A DNA stretch of 64,000 nt from Nitrosopumilaceae archaeon (lineage in GTDB: Archaea > Thermoproteota > Nitrososphaeria > Nitrososphaerales > Nitrosopumilaceae), in contig CBDCCK010000002.1 of the NCBI GenBank assembly GCA_965214835.1, forward strand, positions 512,001 through 576,000, given 5' to 3'. The position numbers and the translations under genes are program-made. The notes beneath the pieces are model-generated. The model worked only from the letters and a program-made list of their open reading frames with translations, did no database searches and was not told the origin of the DNA. Below are positions 9,095 to 18,276 of this stretch, piece by piece (position 1 is the first letter of the stretch; every line of letters starts with the position of its first letter).

Positions 9095-11715
9095 TGAAAC
9101 ATGCAGTAATAGAAGATTCCAACGTTGAGGTTATGGAGTTTTTTAACCGGGTTGGTAGGGCGTCAAAAAACGAGAAGCAGGCCACAATAAGCCTCAACCA
9201 GATGATGTGCTGGTGGACCCGCAAACCACTTGTGGTAGGAAAGGCTATGGTACTAGCAAGCCTGTTTGATAAGGTATCTGATGCGGAACAGTTTTTGGGG
9301 CTTGACTCACCAAAGCCATACGATCACATTCCCGATACTACCATGTTTACAAAAAAACTTGGAGTTGACCCAAAAACAATTAGCATATTAGATCCGTTTG
9401 CAGGTTCAGGCAATCTAATGTTTCCCGCCGTACAACTTGGCCTTGATGTCACTGCATCTGACTACAACCCGTTGGCATGGCTGATAGAAAAATGCGCGCT
9501 TGAACATCCTGCAAAACACGGTCGTAATTTACATGAGGATTTTGTCAAATATGCCAACAAAGCATTGGAAGAGACTAAAAAAACAGTGGGAAGGTATTTT
9601 CAAGATTCCTACCTCACATACCTGTGGTGTTGGTGCATAAGATGTCCATACTGTTCACAGAGGTTTCCTCTTACAAACCACATGTATGTTGTGAAAACTG
9701 AAAAAAGAAAGATAGGCATACGGATAATTCCAAAAGACAAGGATTTTAGCACAGAGATAGTTGATAACATATCTAAAGAAGATGGTGACAAATATACGCA
9801 GAAAAGAGGCAAGGCTGTTTGCATATCATGTACCAACACAATACAATACGATGTGATTACAAAGGACATTACGGAACATAAGGATCGCGAGATAATTGTG
9901 ATACAGGTTCAAAAGAAAAAAGGCAGGGATTATGTTATTCCAACAGAAAAAGACAAAAAGACATATCGCGATGCCATACAACACTTTAAGACAAAATATG
10001 ATGAATTTGAAAAGGAAAATCTAATACCTCATGAAAATATACATCATGATCCAAGGAATCCTCTAAAAAATTATGGTATAACTTGTTGGGATCAGTACTT
10101 TGATGAACGTCAGATGCTTGTGTTATGTACCTTTATGAAGAACATCAAAAAAACATGTGATGGGATTCCAGATGAGGTATACCGTAAAGTAATTGCCACG
10201 TATCTTTCATTTATTCTTGCAAAACGTATAGATCATGCGGGGTTTGGTGTTATTTGGGATGCCACAAGAGAAAATCCGTCACCTGCATTGTCCATGCGCC
10301 AACCTCGCTTATCATATAACTTTGCCGAGTCAAACCCATTTGAAAAAATTAGGGGAAGTATTAGTAATACAATCAAATCCGTATCTAAGGCACTAAAGTT
10401 TACTGTACGACTACAAACACCCGCCGTATGCGAAAACAGATCAGTCACGGTAGCGTGTGACAAACAGTATGATCTCATAATCACGGATCCGCCCTATGGT
10501 GATGATGTACAATATGGCGAGCTGTCCGAATTCTTCTATGTCTGGGCATATCGCATACTGTCTGAATACTATGATCTGCCGACGCGCATTCCACTAGATG
10601 AGGATTATTGTGAGAGCCGAGGACGTTTTAGCAGCAAGCAGAAGGCAAAAGAATTCTTTGGTGCCGGACTCAAAAAATCATTTAGGGCAATAAATGAAAA
10701 ACTCAAAGACGATGGGTTGGCAGTAATCCTTTTTGCCCATTCAAGCACGGAGGCCTGGAACCAATTTCTCGCGGCAATACAGGAGGCAAGACTGCGGATA
10801 GTATCAAGCTATGCAATACATACAGAAATGTCAACAAACGTAATTGCACAGAACAAGGCATCATTTCTGTCCTCCATCATGGTAACATGCAGAAAGATAA
10901 CCGGAGAATCCGTACAGTACTTTGAGGATCTGATACCTGAGATAGACGATGGCGTGAAAAAGATACTGGACGGCATTTCAGAGCAAAGACTTTTGACATT
11001 GTCCATAACCGACCTGCTGGTCATGGTGTATGGAAAAGTACTAGAGGTATCAACCCAGCACACGGTTCTGAAGAGCTATGCAAGAGACTTTACACCAGAC
11101 TTTGAGATGCTCATAAAGGATGCACGTAGTACGATCATTAAGCAGCTTGTAGTCAAGCTATTAAAAAAACAGCCGGATATCGTGGGATCCCGAATGGCGT
11201 TTTACATAATCAACAAGGTGTTTAACAGCGGTAAAGTTTCAGCAGACGATGCGCTGAAGATAGCACAGGCATACAACACAAGCCTTGTCGAGCTAAGTAG
11301 AGAAGGAGTGATAACACAAAACAAGGGAGTAGCACGCCTTCAAAGCCTAAAGCAAGACATGTACTATGAGCCAGAAGCAATTGATCCGCAGAACCTGCAC
11401 CAGCAGTTGTGCTATCTTGCATCACACGAATCAGACATGGCCGAGTTGCTGCATCACGACAACATACTGGAAAACGATCTAAAGCCCATTGTGAGTCTCC
11501 TGCTCAAAAACTACAACATGAAGAGAAATCAGGGATACAACCCAACTCCTGATGACAATGAGGAGATCCGGATACTGACCACCATGGCAGATCATATGGG
11601 GATAGCAGTAGAGCAGGATTCCCACTACAGAGCAAAGGGGGCCAGAACCAAAAAGGCTAGAACCAGAAAGAGCAGGGGGGACGAGCGCCAGTCTCGTTTG
11701 GAGAAATGGAAGTAG
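9094..11715 (+). CDS. DUF1156 amino (adenine) DNA methyltransferase
   Basis: WWTRKPL, motif I DPFAGSG, Zn-finger CPYC/CISC, motif IV TDPPYGD. Confidence 0.9.
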   Translation: MKHAVIEDSNVEVMEFFNRVGRASKNEKQATISLNQMMCWWTRKPLVVGKAMVLASLFDKVSDAEQFLGLDSPKPYDHIPDTTMFTKKLGVDPKTISILDPFAGSGNLMFPAVQLGLDVTASDYNPLAWLIEKCALEHPAKHGRNLHEDFVKYANKALEETKKTVGRYFQDSYLTYLWCWCIRCPYCSQRFPLTNHMYVVKTEKRKIGIRIIPKDKDFSTEIVDNISKEDGDKYTQKRGKAVCISCTNTIQYDVITKDITEHKDREIIVIQVQKKKGRDYVIPTEKDKKTYRDAIQHFKTKYDEFEKENLIPHENIHHDPRNPLKNYGITCWDQYFDERQMLVLCTFMKNIKKTCDGIPDEVYRKVIATYLSFILAKRIDHAGFGVIWDATRENPSPALSMRQPRLSYNFAESNPFEKIRGSISNTIKSVSKALKFTVRLQTPAVCENRSVTVACDKQYDLIITDPPYGDDVQYGELSEFFYVWAYRILSEYYDLPTRIPLDEDYCESRGRFSSKQKAKEFFGAGLKKSFRAINEKLKDDGLAVILFAHSSTEAWNQFLAAIQEARLRIVSSYAIHTEMSTNVIAQNKASFLSSIMVTCRKITGESVQYFEDLIPEIDDGVKKILDGISEQRLLTLSITDLLVMVYGKVLEVSTQHTVLKSYARDFTPDFEMLIKDARSTIIKQLVVKLLKKQPDIVGSRMAFYIINKVFNSGKVSADDALKIAQAYNTSLVELSREGVITQNKGVARLQSLKQDMYYEPEAIDPQNLHQQLCYLASHESDMAELLHHDNILENDLKPIVSLLLKNYNMKRNQGYNPTPDDNEEIRILTTMADHMGIAVEQDSHYRAKGARTKKARTRKSRGDERQSRLEKWK

Positions 11716-14700
11716 GCAGCAGTGTGAGAACCCCGGACGGCACGGGTACAATCACCAGCATGGATACCCGATCGGCCAAGGTTCAGATTGATTCAGGTTC
11801 CAAGTGGTATGAGCTTGATACCCTGGACATGATATATGACCCGATTGCAAAGATGTGCAAAAAGCAGATCGATGACTGCCTCCAGTTTGCTACGGGGATT
11901 GATGCGCACCGCCTCTACACAGAATACCGGTTCAACCCGTATGTCCTTGCAGCATCAACCAAGATCAAGATATTCCCCCACCAGATAAACGAGGTGATGT
12001 GGGGGCTTGAGAACCCCAGAATAATGATTGCCGACGAGGTAGGGCTTGGAAAAACGATAATTGCAGCGTTGATCGTGTCGGAGCTCCGCGCACGTGGCAC
12101 TGCAAAGCGCCTTCTTTTTGTGGTTCCAAAGTCCCTGCAGATAAAATGGAAGATTGAGCTTGAGCAAAGATTTGACATTCCAACCAAGATACTAGATTCA
12201 GAATATGTGAAGAACAATCCCGAACCGTTTGAAGGCGAGTTTTCATTTGTGGCATCCATGGACTATCTAAAACAGGAACACATCATATCCAAGCTCAGCG
12301 AGGAGCTTGATGTGGTGGTAGTAGACGAGGCTCACAAAATGAAAAAGGGCACGTCCAGGCTGAAGCTGGGAGAGCATCTTGCGTCAAAAACAGACACCAT
12401 GATACTTCTTACTGCAACCCCGCACGACGGCCGCGACGAGGACTTTATGGCCCGCATGAACATGCTGGACAGCTTTGTATCCGACATACGAACCGCCTCG
12501 TACCTGTGGACGCGTACCACAAAGGAGGACGTGGTGGACATCGAAGGAAAGAAGGTGTTTCCTGACAGGACAAGCAAGACAGTAGACATTGCACTACTAA
12601 ACAAGGAGCGTGACGTGATCAAGCTGCTGGAGGGGTACTTTGATCACATACAGTCAAACGTAAAGACGCCACGTGAGGAGAGCATGATCAGATTCCTCAG
12701 GCACATATACCGAAAAAGGGCCAGCTCGTCACTGCACTCACTGGAAATATCCCTAAGACGCAGAATTGACAAGCTTGGCACAGCAGATACCGACATAGAA
12801 AGCGCACTGACCAGGCTGGACTATGACTATAGCGAGGACATAGAATTTGAAGACATTGAAGGGTATGAGGGATTCACCATATCCGACGTGGATCGGGAAA
12901 AGGAGATGTTGACAGAAATCACAAAGCATCTGGAACAGCTTGACTGTGATTCCAAGCTGGATCATTTGAAGCGGTTCATCAAGACGCTAAAGGAGGACAG
13001 GCCGGATGCAAAACTGGTACTCTTTACAGAATACCGCGACACGCTGGACTATCTTGCGGCATCTCTTGATTATGAGATTGGAAAGATAGACGGCACCATG
13101 TCGATAACAGAGCGCCAAGACGAGCTTGAGAAATTCAAAAAATCAGACGGATACGAAGTCATGCTGTGCACAGATGCGGCGGGGGAGGGAATAGACATGC
13201 AGTTTTGCAACGTGGAGATAAACTATGATCTCCCGTGGAACCCGAACAGGCTTGAGCAAAGGATGGGCAGAATACACAGGATAGGACAGGATCAGAATGT
13301 CTTTTATTACAATTTTGTGGTCGATTCCAAATCAAGCATTGACGGATACATAATGCAAAAACTGCTTGAAAAAATAGAGCAGATAAAGGCGGCGATGGGC
13401 GACAAGGTGTACGATGTGGTGGGCTCGCTCATAGGATCAGAGGAATTTGGGCGGTACTATGACGAGCTGCGCAATATACCAAGGGACCAATGGGAACCGA
13501 AAATCGCTGTCCTGATGTCCGCAATAGAGGCCATGCGGTACGATGTTTTGGAGAAGAGGAAGATGCTGCTAGAGGGAAACAGGCTTGACTCTACAAAGCT
13601 TGAAGACATACAAAAGATACGCGATACTGCCATAGTAATAGACGAGGTAAAGCGGTTTTTGCAGGTGTTTGTAGAGACAAACGGGGGGAGGATGGATCGT
13701 ATTGATTCCGACAAGCAGCTATACAGCATACGCCTTTCTGAGAGGCATTCAAAGGAGCTTGGATTAGGTGAGATCGTTGGGACCTTTGACGGCACAACTG
13801 CAGAAAAAGAATCATACGAGTACCTTGCGCTTGGAAACCACAGCATAGAAAAGATACTAAGAAAGGCAGCATCAGATCATGTTGCATCACTTGGGCACGA
13901 GAGCCAGGAAGGAGTATTGTGCATATACAAGATAACCATAACCGACGGCCAGGCAAAACAAAGGGATTCCAAGATAATTGCGATATTTGAGCAATCCGAC
14001 GGCGTCATATATCAGGTTGATGAGAGAAGCGTGTGGACATACAAACAGTCAGATAGAGAGGTCAACATAGATTTTGCCACAAGTGCAAGCAAGCGAATAG
14101 AGACGATTGCATCCAACATGGCACAGAAACAAAAAGAGTCCATAGATCGCAAATTAAGAGAGATCAAAAAGAAGACCAAAACTGCGCGTAATGGATACTA
14201 CGCAAAAAAGATAAGTGATATAAAAGTGAGAATGGGTGAGCTGCAACAAAACGACGACGGGCCTCATGTTGAAAGAATAATAGACGAGCGCAAAAGAAAA
14301 ATAAAGACGCTAGAAAAGCAGGCGGATATCGAGTACCAGAAACTGGACAGGCAATTTAATACCGCCACTAGGATAGACCTGATTGGAATTGCACAGGTGA
14401 CTGCAGATGATGGCGCAGACATTCACATACGCATAGACGAAGCTGGAATGAAGGCAGTCCTCGAATCGGAAAGAAAAAGGGCACCAGACGAGCATGCCGT
14501 AAAACAGCTTGAGGACTGCTCCAAGAAAAACTGCGGGTATGACGTAGTATCATTTGACAGAAAAATAGAGGTAAAATCGCACAAAAAGTCCGGCAGTATA
14601 ATGCTGACCGACCACGAATGGAAAACGGCAGAAAGGCTGCAGGATGAATACTGGCTTTACGTGGTAGAACACGTATTTGAAAATCCGCGCATAACGGCGA

Positions 14701-14798
14701 TACAAAACCCGGCATCAAAATTCCATGGTCACATAGAAAAAATTCCATCCAAGCAGTTCAGATGGGTGATCCATGACTGGAAAGAGAGATCCATCTAG
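11706..14798 (+). CDS. SNF2-family helicase with C-terminal DUF3883-like nuclease
   Basis: IADEVGLGKT, DEAH, LLTATP, WNPNRLEQRMGRIHRIGQ; C-terminal GYDVVS..IEVKS..EW..A..YWLYVV. Confidence 0.92.
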   Translation: MEVGSSVRTPDGTGTITSMDTRSAKVQIDSGSKWYELDTLDMIYDPIAKMCKKQIDDCLQFATGIDAHRLYTEYRFNPYVLAASTKIKIFPHQINEVMWGLENPRIMIADEVGLGKTIIAALIVSELRARGTAKRLLFVVPKSLQIKWKIELEQRFDIPTKILDSEYVKNNPEPFEGEFSFVASMDYLKQEHIISKLSEELDVVVVDEAHKMKKGTSRLKLGEHLASKTDTMILLTATPHDGRDEDFMARMNMLDSFVSDIRTASYLWTRTTKEDVVDIEGKKVFPDRTSKTVDIALLNKERDVIKLLEGYFDHIQSNVKTPREESMIRFLRHIYRKRASSSLHSLEISLRRRIDKLGTADTDIESALTRLDYDYSEDIEFEDIEGYEGFTISDVDREKEMLTEITKHLEQLDCDSKLDHLKRFIKTLKEDRPDAKLVLFTEYRDTLDYLAASLDYEIGKIDGTMSITERQDELEKFKKSDGYEVMLCTDAAGEGIDMQFCNVEINYDLPWNPNRLEQRMGRIHRIGQDQNVFYYNFVVDSKSSIDGYIMQKLLEKIEQIKAAMGDKVYDVVGSLIGSEEFGRYYDELRNIPRDQWEPKIAVLMSAIEAMRYDVLEKRKMLLEGNRLDSTKLEDIQKIRDTAIVIDEVKRFLQVFVETNGGRMDRIDSDKQLYSIRLSERHSKELGLGEIVGTFDGTTAEKESYEYLALGNHSIEKILRKAASDHVASLGHESQEGVLCIYKITITDGQAKQRDSKIIAIFEQSDGVIYQVDERSVWTYKQSDREVNIDFATSASKRIETIASNMAQKQKESIDRKLREIKKKTKTARNGYYAKKISDIKVRMGELQQNDDGPHVERIIDERKRKIKTLEKQADIEYQKLDRQFNTATRIDLIGIAQVTADDGADIHIRIDEAGMKAVLESERKRAPDEHAVKQLEDCSKKNCGYDVVSFDRKIEVKSHKKSGSIMLTDHEWKTAERLQDEYWLYVVEHVFENPRITAIQNPASKFHGHIEKIPSKQFRWVIHDWKERSI

Positions 14799-15029
14799 AG
14801 TCAGGTTTTGATCCGGTAACAAAATGTGCTACTGTTATCCAACTCTGCGGATCATCTGGATTATTTTTAAAGTACTTTTCAAACGATAAAAAGATTCGAT
14901 CATCCGTTTATTTTTTGGATTTTCTGCTGTATAGAAATAGCAAAAGACGACATGGATCCTCGTAGGAAAGACTCGGGTTAATTACAGATCACTTCTCTGC
15001 ACATGAGAGTGTTTTTCACATTGGTTAGG

Positions 15030-15320
15030 TCACTTGATTCTGCTACCAAACACTCTCAGCATCGCATCAAGGCCGGCAATCCTGCCTTCCAGATACTTTA
15101 TCCTTTCATCCGACGGCAGGTATCTTGCATGCTCTTGCACGCCCTTGAGATACCTGGCAAACGACCTGTCAAACGTCTTGTCCGCCATTTTGATCCCCTT
15201 GCACAGGTTCTGCAGGTTCAGGCCATCAAGCCCGGACTTTTTTCCCAGGAACAGCTGGGACTTGCCTGCCAGAAAATACAGATACTCCGTCCCGTGGTTT
15301 GTCCTGACTACGATCCCCAT
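15030..15320 (-). CDS. Small integrase-associated protein (paralog of 31579-31863)
   Basis: GTEYLYFLAGK..LFLG aligns with GIEYLYFQAGK..IYIG; same position divergent from a recombinase. Confidence 0.7.
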   Translation of the reverse strand: MGIVVRTNHGTEYLYFLAGKSQLFLGKKSGLDGLNLQNLCKGIKMADKTFDRSFARYLKGVQEHARYLPSDERIKYLEGRIAGLDAMLRVFGSRIK

Positions 15321-15360
15321 GCCTGTGTATTGTTAGCGTACAAACCATTAAATAAGCGTA

Positions 15361-15381
15361 TGTGTATTCTAAGAATACACA
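15361..15381. promoter_or_regulatory. Perfect palindrome in the divergent promoter region (TGTGTATTCT-A-AGAATACACA)
   Basis: 10-bp arms read directly from the sequence. Confidence 0.55.
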
Positions 15382-15464
15382 AAATGACACGCTTAAAACG
15401 CCCCAAAGGACAAATAGCTCCCAAACCATATCAAGGCAATGAAGTCGCCGAGAGGCTGACCGAT

Positions 15465-16667
15465 ATGGGAAAAAACAAACTTGCTACAAGAAAAGACACT
15501 GTCAAAAAACAGGCAAAGGCAACGCGACTGCTGGCACATCCTGACGTGCGGAGGTGGTACGACAACCTTGCGCGCGGGAGCGTGCTTACGGCAAACAACT
15601 CGCTGCGATGCATCGACAAGTTCTGCGAGACACACGGCATGTCTCCTACCGAGCTGGCAGATCTCGGAGTCAGGGATCTGAGGGCAGTCACGGACCTCAT
15701 CGAGGATCACGTCACCATGATGGAGTCCGAGAACTACTCCTCCGGATACGTGACCCTGACCGTCCAGATCATAAAGTCCTGGCTGAGGCACTCTGACGTG
15801 GTGATCAAGCGCAGGATAAAGGTGACCCCCAACAGGAACTAGAAGACAATCCAGGGCGAGCGCGTTCCAAACGCGCAGGAGATGTCCGAGATATACGGCC
15901 GTGCGGGACTGCGGGAGTCAGTCATAATATCTCTGATGGGCAAGTCCGGGCTGAGGCCGGAGACCATAGGCAACCACGACGGCACGGACGGATTGTGCAT
16001 GAGCGATCTTCCGGACGTGGTAATACACCAGGGAACGGCAAAGTGCATAAGGACGCCGTGCATGGTGACTGTAAGGGGCACGCTGTCAAAGGCACGCCAC
16101 CAGTACTTTACGTTCATGACTGCGTCTGCAACCAGGAACCTCACGGCATACCTCAACGACAGGCTCGCCCACGGGGAGCCGCTGCACGGGAGCTCGCCGG
16201 TGGTGGCGCCGGATCACATCCACAAGACGAATCGGGGCCGCAACAGGGACAAGGAATTCCTCATTACATCGCAGGTAAGCCACCTGGTGCGCAGGACGTT
16301 CAGGCCGAGGTTCACGTGGAGGCCCTACGTGCTGCGCGCGTACTTTGACACGCAGCTGCTGATCGCCGAGTCCAGGGGAAGGATTGCGCATGACTTTCGC
16401 GTCTTCCTTATGGGGCACAAGGGAAGCATGGAGGCGCGATACACCACGAACAAGGGCGTGCTGCCCGACGTCCTGCTAGACGAGATGCGGGAAGCATTCG
16501 GACGATCCGAGGAGCACCTGGACCAGGCAGAAGCCGATCCAATCCTGGAACAAAAGCAGGAGGCGCTGCGGATGATAGAGGGGGCCACGCCGGATCAGCT
16601 CGGGCGCGTGCTAGAGGCACTGCAGACGGTGCCGGCAATACGCGCCAGGGCAGATCGTGGCAGATAG
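15465..16667 (+). pseudogene. Tyrosine recombinase/integrase interrupted by an in-frame TAG (15840-15842)
   Basis: ORF-track ORFs 15003-15842 and 15882-16667 share a frame and together align with the intact paralog at 32094-33287; SGLRPE, RPYVLRAYF, MGHKG..EARY motifs. Confidence 0.8.
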
Positions 16668-16811
16668 CGAAGACGCGGAGAGGCTCATTGCCGACGACGG
16701 ATGCACGTTTGTCGGCGTCCTGCCAAACGGCAGGGTGGTTCTTCAAAGGCATATGTGAGGCCGCAGCGGCGCGACATACCCTTATATTTTGGACTCGGAG
16801 GTCGTTAGTAA

Positions 16812-17423
16812 TTGGCACGCAGAAAGACCAGGGTAAAGGACAAGTGGAGGGAAAAAAAGTGGGTCAACGTATATGCCCCAGAATCGTTTAACAACGTCCC
16901 GGTGGCCTATGTTCCGATTACAGACGACGACAATGCCAGAGGCAGGGTCGTCGAGGTTACGCTGTTTGATATCCTAAAGGGGGATCCCTCGCAGCACCAG
17001 TACAAGATGTACTTTCAGATTGACAGCGTCAAGGAAGACAGGGCAACCTCGATCTTCAAGCGATACGAGTACTCAAAGGAGTTTTTGAGAAGCCTGGTCA
17101 GGCGCGGTTCCTCCAAGGTTAACTTTATCATCGATGCAAAAACCAAGGATGGAAACATCTTCAGAATAAAGGTCATTGTCCTGACACACCGGCAGCTTAA
17201 CACGTCAAGAAAGCACGCACTCAGGCTGATTGCAAAGAACGTCATTGAAAAGTCGGTTCCGGAGATGACAATTGATCAGTTCGTACAGGCAACATGCTAC
17301 GGAAAGATCAACTCAGACATCATGGCAGTGGCCAAGAAGCTGATCAGGATCAGGCATGTGGGCTTGGAAAAAGTCAAGCTGGTCAGAACTGCTGCGGCAG
17401 AGACGGTACTGCTGGAAGCATAA
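16812..17423 (+). CDS. rps3ae: 30S ribosomal protein S3ae (eS1)
   Basis: KDKWREKKW..APESF, RSLVRRGSSKV. Confidence 0.97.
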   Translation: MARRKTRVKDKWREKKWVNVYAPESFNNVPVAYVPITDDDNARGRVVEVTLFDILKGDPSQHQYKMYFQIDSVKEDRATSIFKRYEYSKEFLRSLVRRGSSKVNFIIDAKTKDGNIFRIKVIVLTHRQLNTSRKHALRLIAKNVIEKSVPEMTIDQFVQATCYGKINSDIMAVAKKLIRIRHVGLEKVKLVRTAAAETVLLEA

Positions 17424-17445
17424 TAGTCCTTTTCCGGGGTATTCC

Positions 17446-17868
17446 ATGAGCGACAAGGTGGTGGTAGCCATGGACGTAATCGTCCACGCAACTGAGGATG
17501 TCAGCAGGTTCTACGACTCCTTTGAGGAGCTGTTCGGAGTAGGACAAGAACAGCTCAAAATACAGGAGTTAGAAGGCCATTTTGACAATCCAATCTTGGT
17601 GCTCAGCGTCAGGATTGCAGGAGGGAGTGCAGTCAGGGTTCTGGAGAGAGTCTCGTCTGCCCTGTCCGATCGAGAAAAGGAGGAGGTTCTAGAGACGCTA
17701 GATGGAAGGGTGGATGGCTCTAGCCTTTATCTTAGGATAGGCAAGCAGGAGTTTGTACAAAACAGGGTTGTCTTGGCGGAAAAAAACGCGATCAGGGTTA
17801 GAATCCACAGGCCCGTATACAGGAAAAAGAAGATCATGCAAGAGTACAGAGACCTGCTAGGCTTCTGA
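17446..17868 (+). CDS. DUF54 / exosome-associated RNA-binding protein
   Basis: VHATED..EGHFDNPI..LYLRIGKQ; ATG at 17446. Confidence 0.8.
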   Translation: MSDKVVVAMDVIVHATEDVSRFYDSFEELFGVGQEQLKIQELEGHFDNPILVLSVRIAGGSAVRVLERVSSALSDREKEEVLETLDGRVDGSSLYLRIGKQEFVQNRVVLAEKNAIRVRIHRPVYRKKKIMQEYRDLLGF

Positions 17869-17931
17869 GCCGGACTGGGTTGTGGGAAAAATGTACCGCG
17901 GCTGCAGGATGCAGCCACATCTTGCCATTGA

Positions 17932-17993
17932 ATGATACGCACATCAAAAAACGGATCATGGTTTTGGCACATCGTGCCTGTCTTGATAAAAAA
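17932..17993 (+). repeat. Dispersed ~55-60-bp imperfect palindromic repeat, copy A
   Basis: Ungapped match to 44797-44858; partial matches at 43752-43793 and 33420-33468. Confidence 0.6.
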
Positions 17994-18276
17994 GAGCGTA
18001 CGAGGTCGCCTCCCCCTAGCAGTCAGGCACGAATTGCATGCAACCGCAGCAGTTGAAAATGTGCATTCCGTGTACCGTCTGTGTGGCAGTGCTTTTCCCC
18101 ATCTGCGGCTCTGCACGCATAAAATTCTGCATGCCGGGGCCCCATGAGACGGCGACCATAAGAAACAGTACGTTTTCAACCCAAAATGGACGGAGAGGGA
18201 CATCAGCGACTAGCGGGCCTAGTTTTCACATAACACAAGCGTGTCAGGGCCTGCCAGGCCGGCCTGCAGGCCAGCA

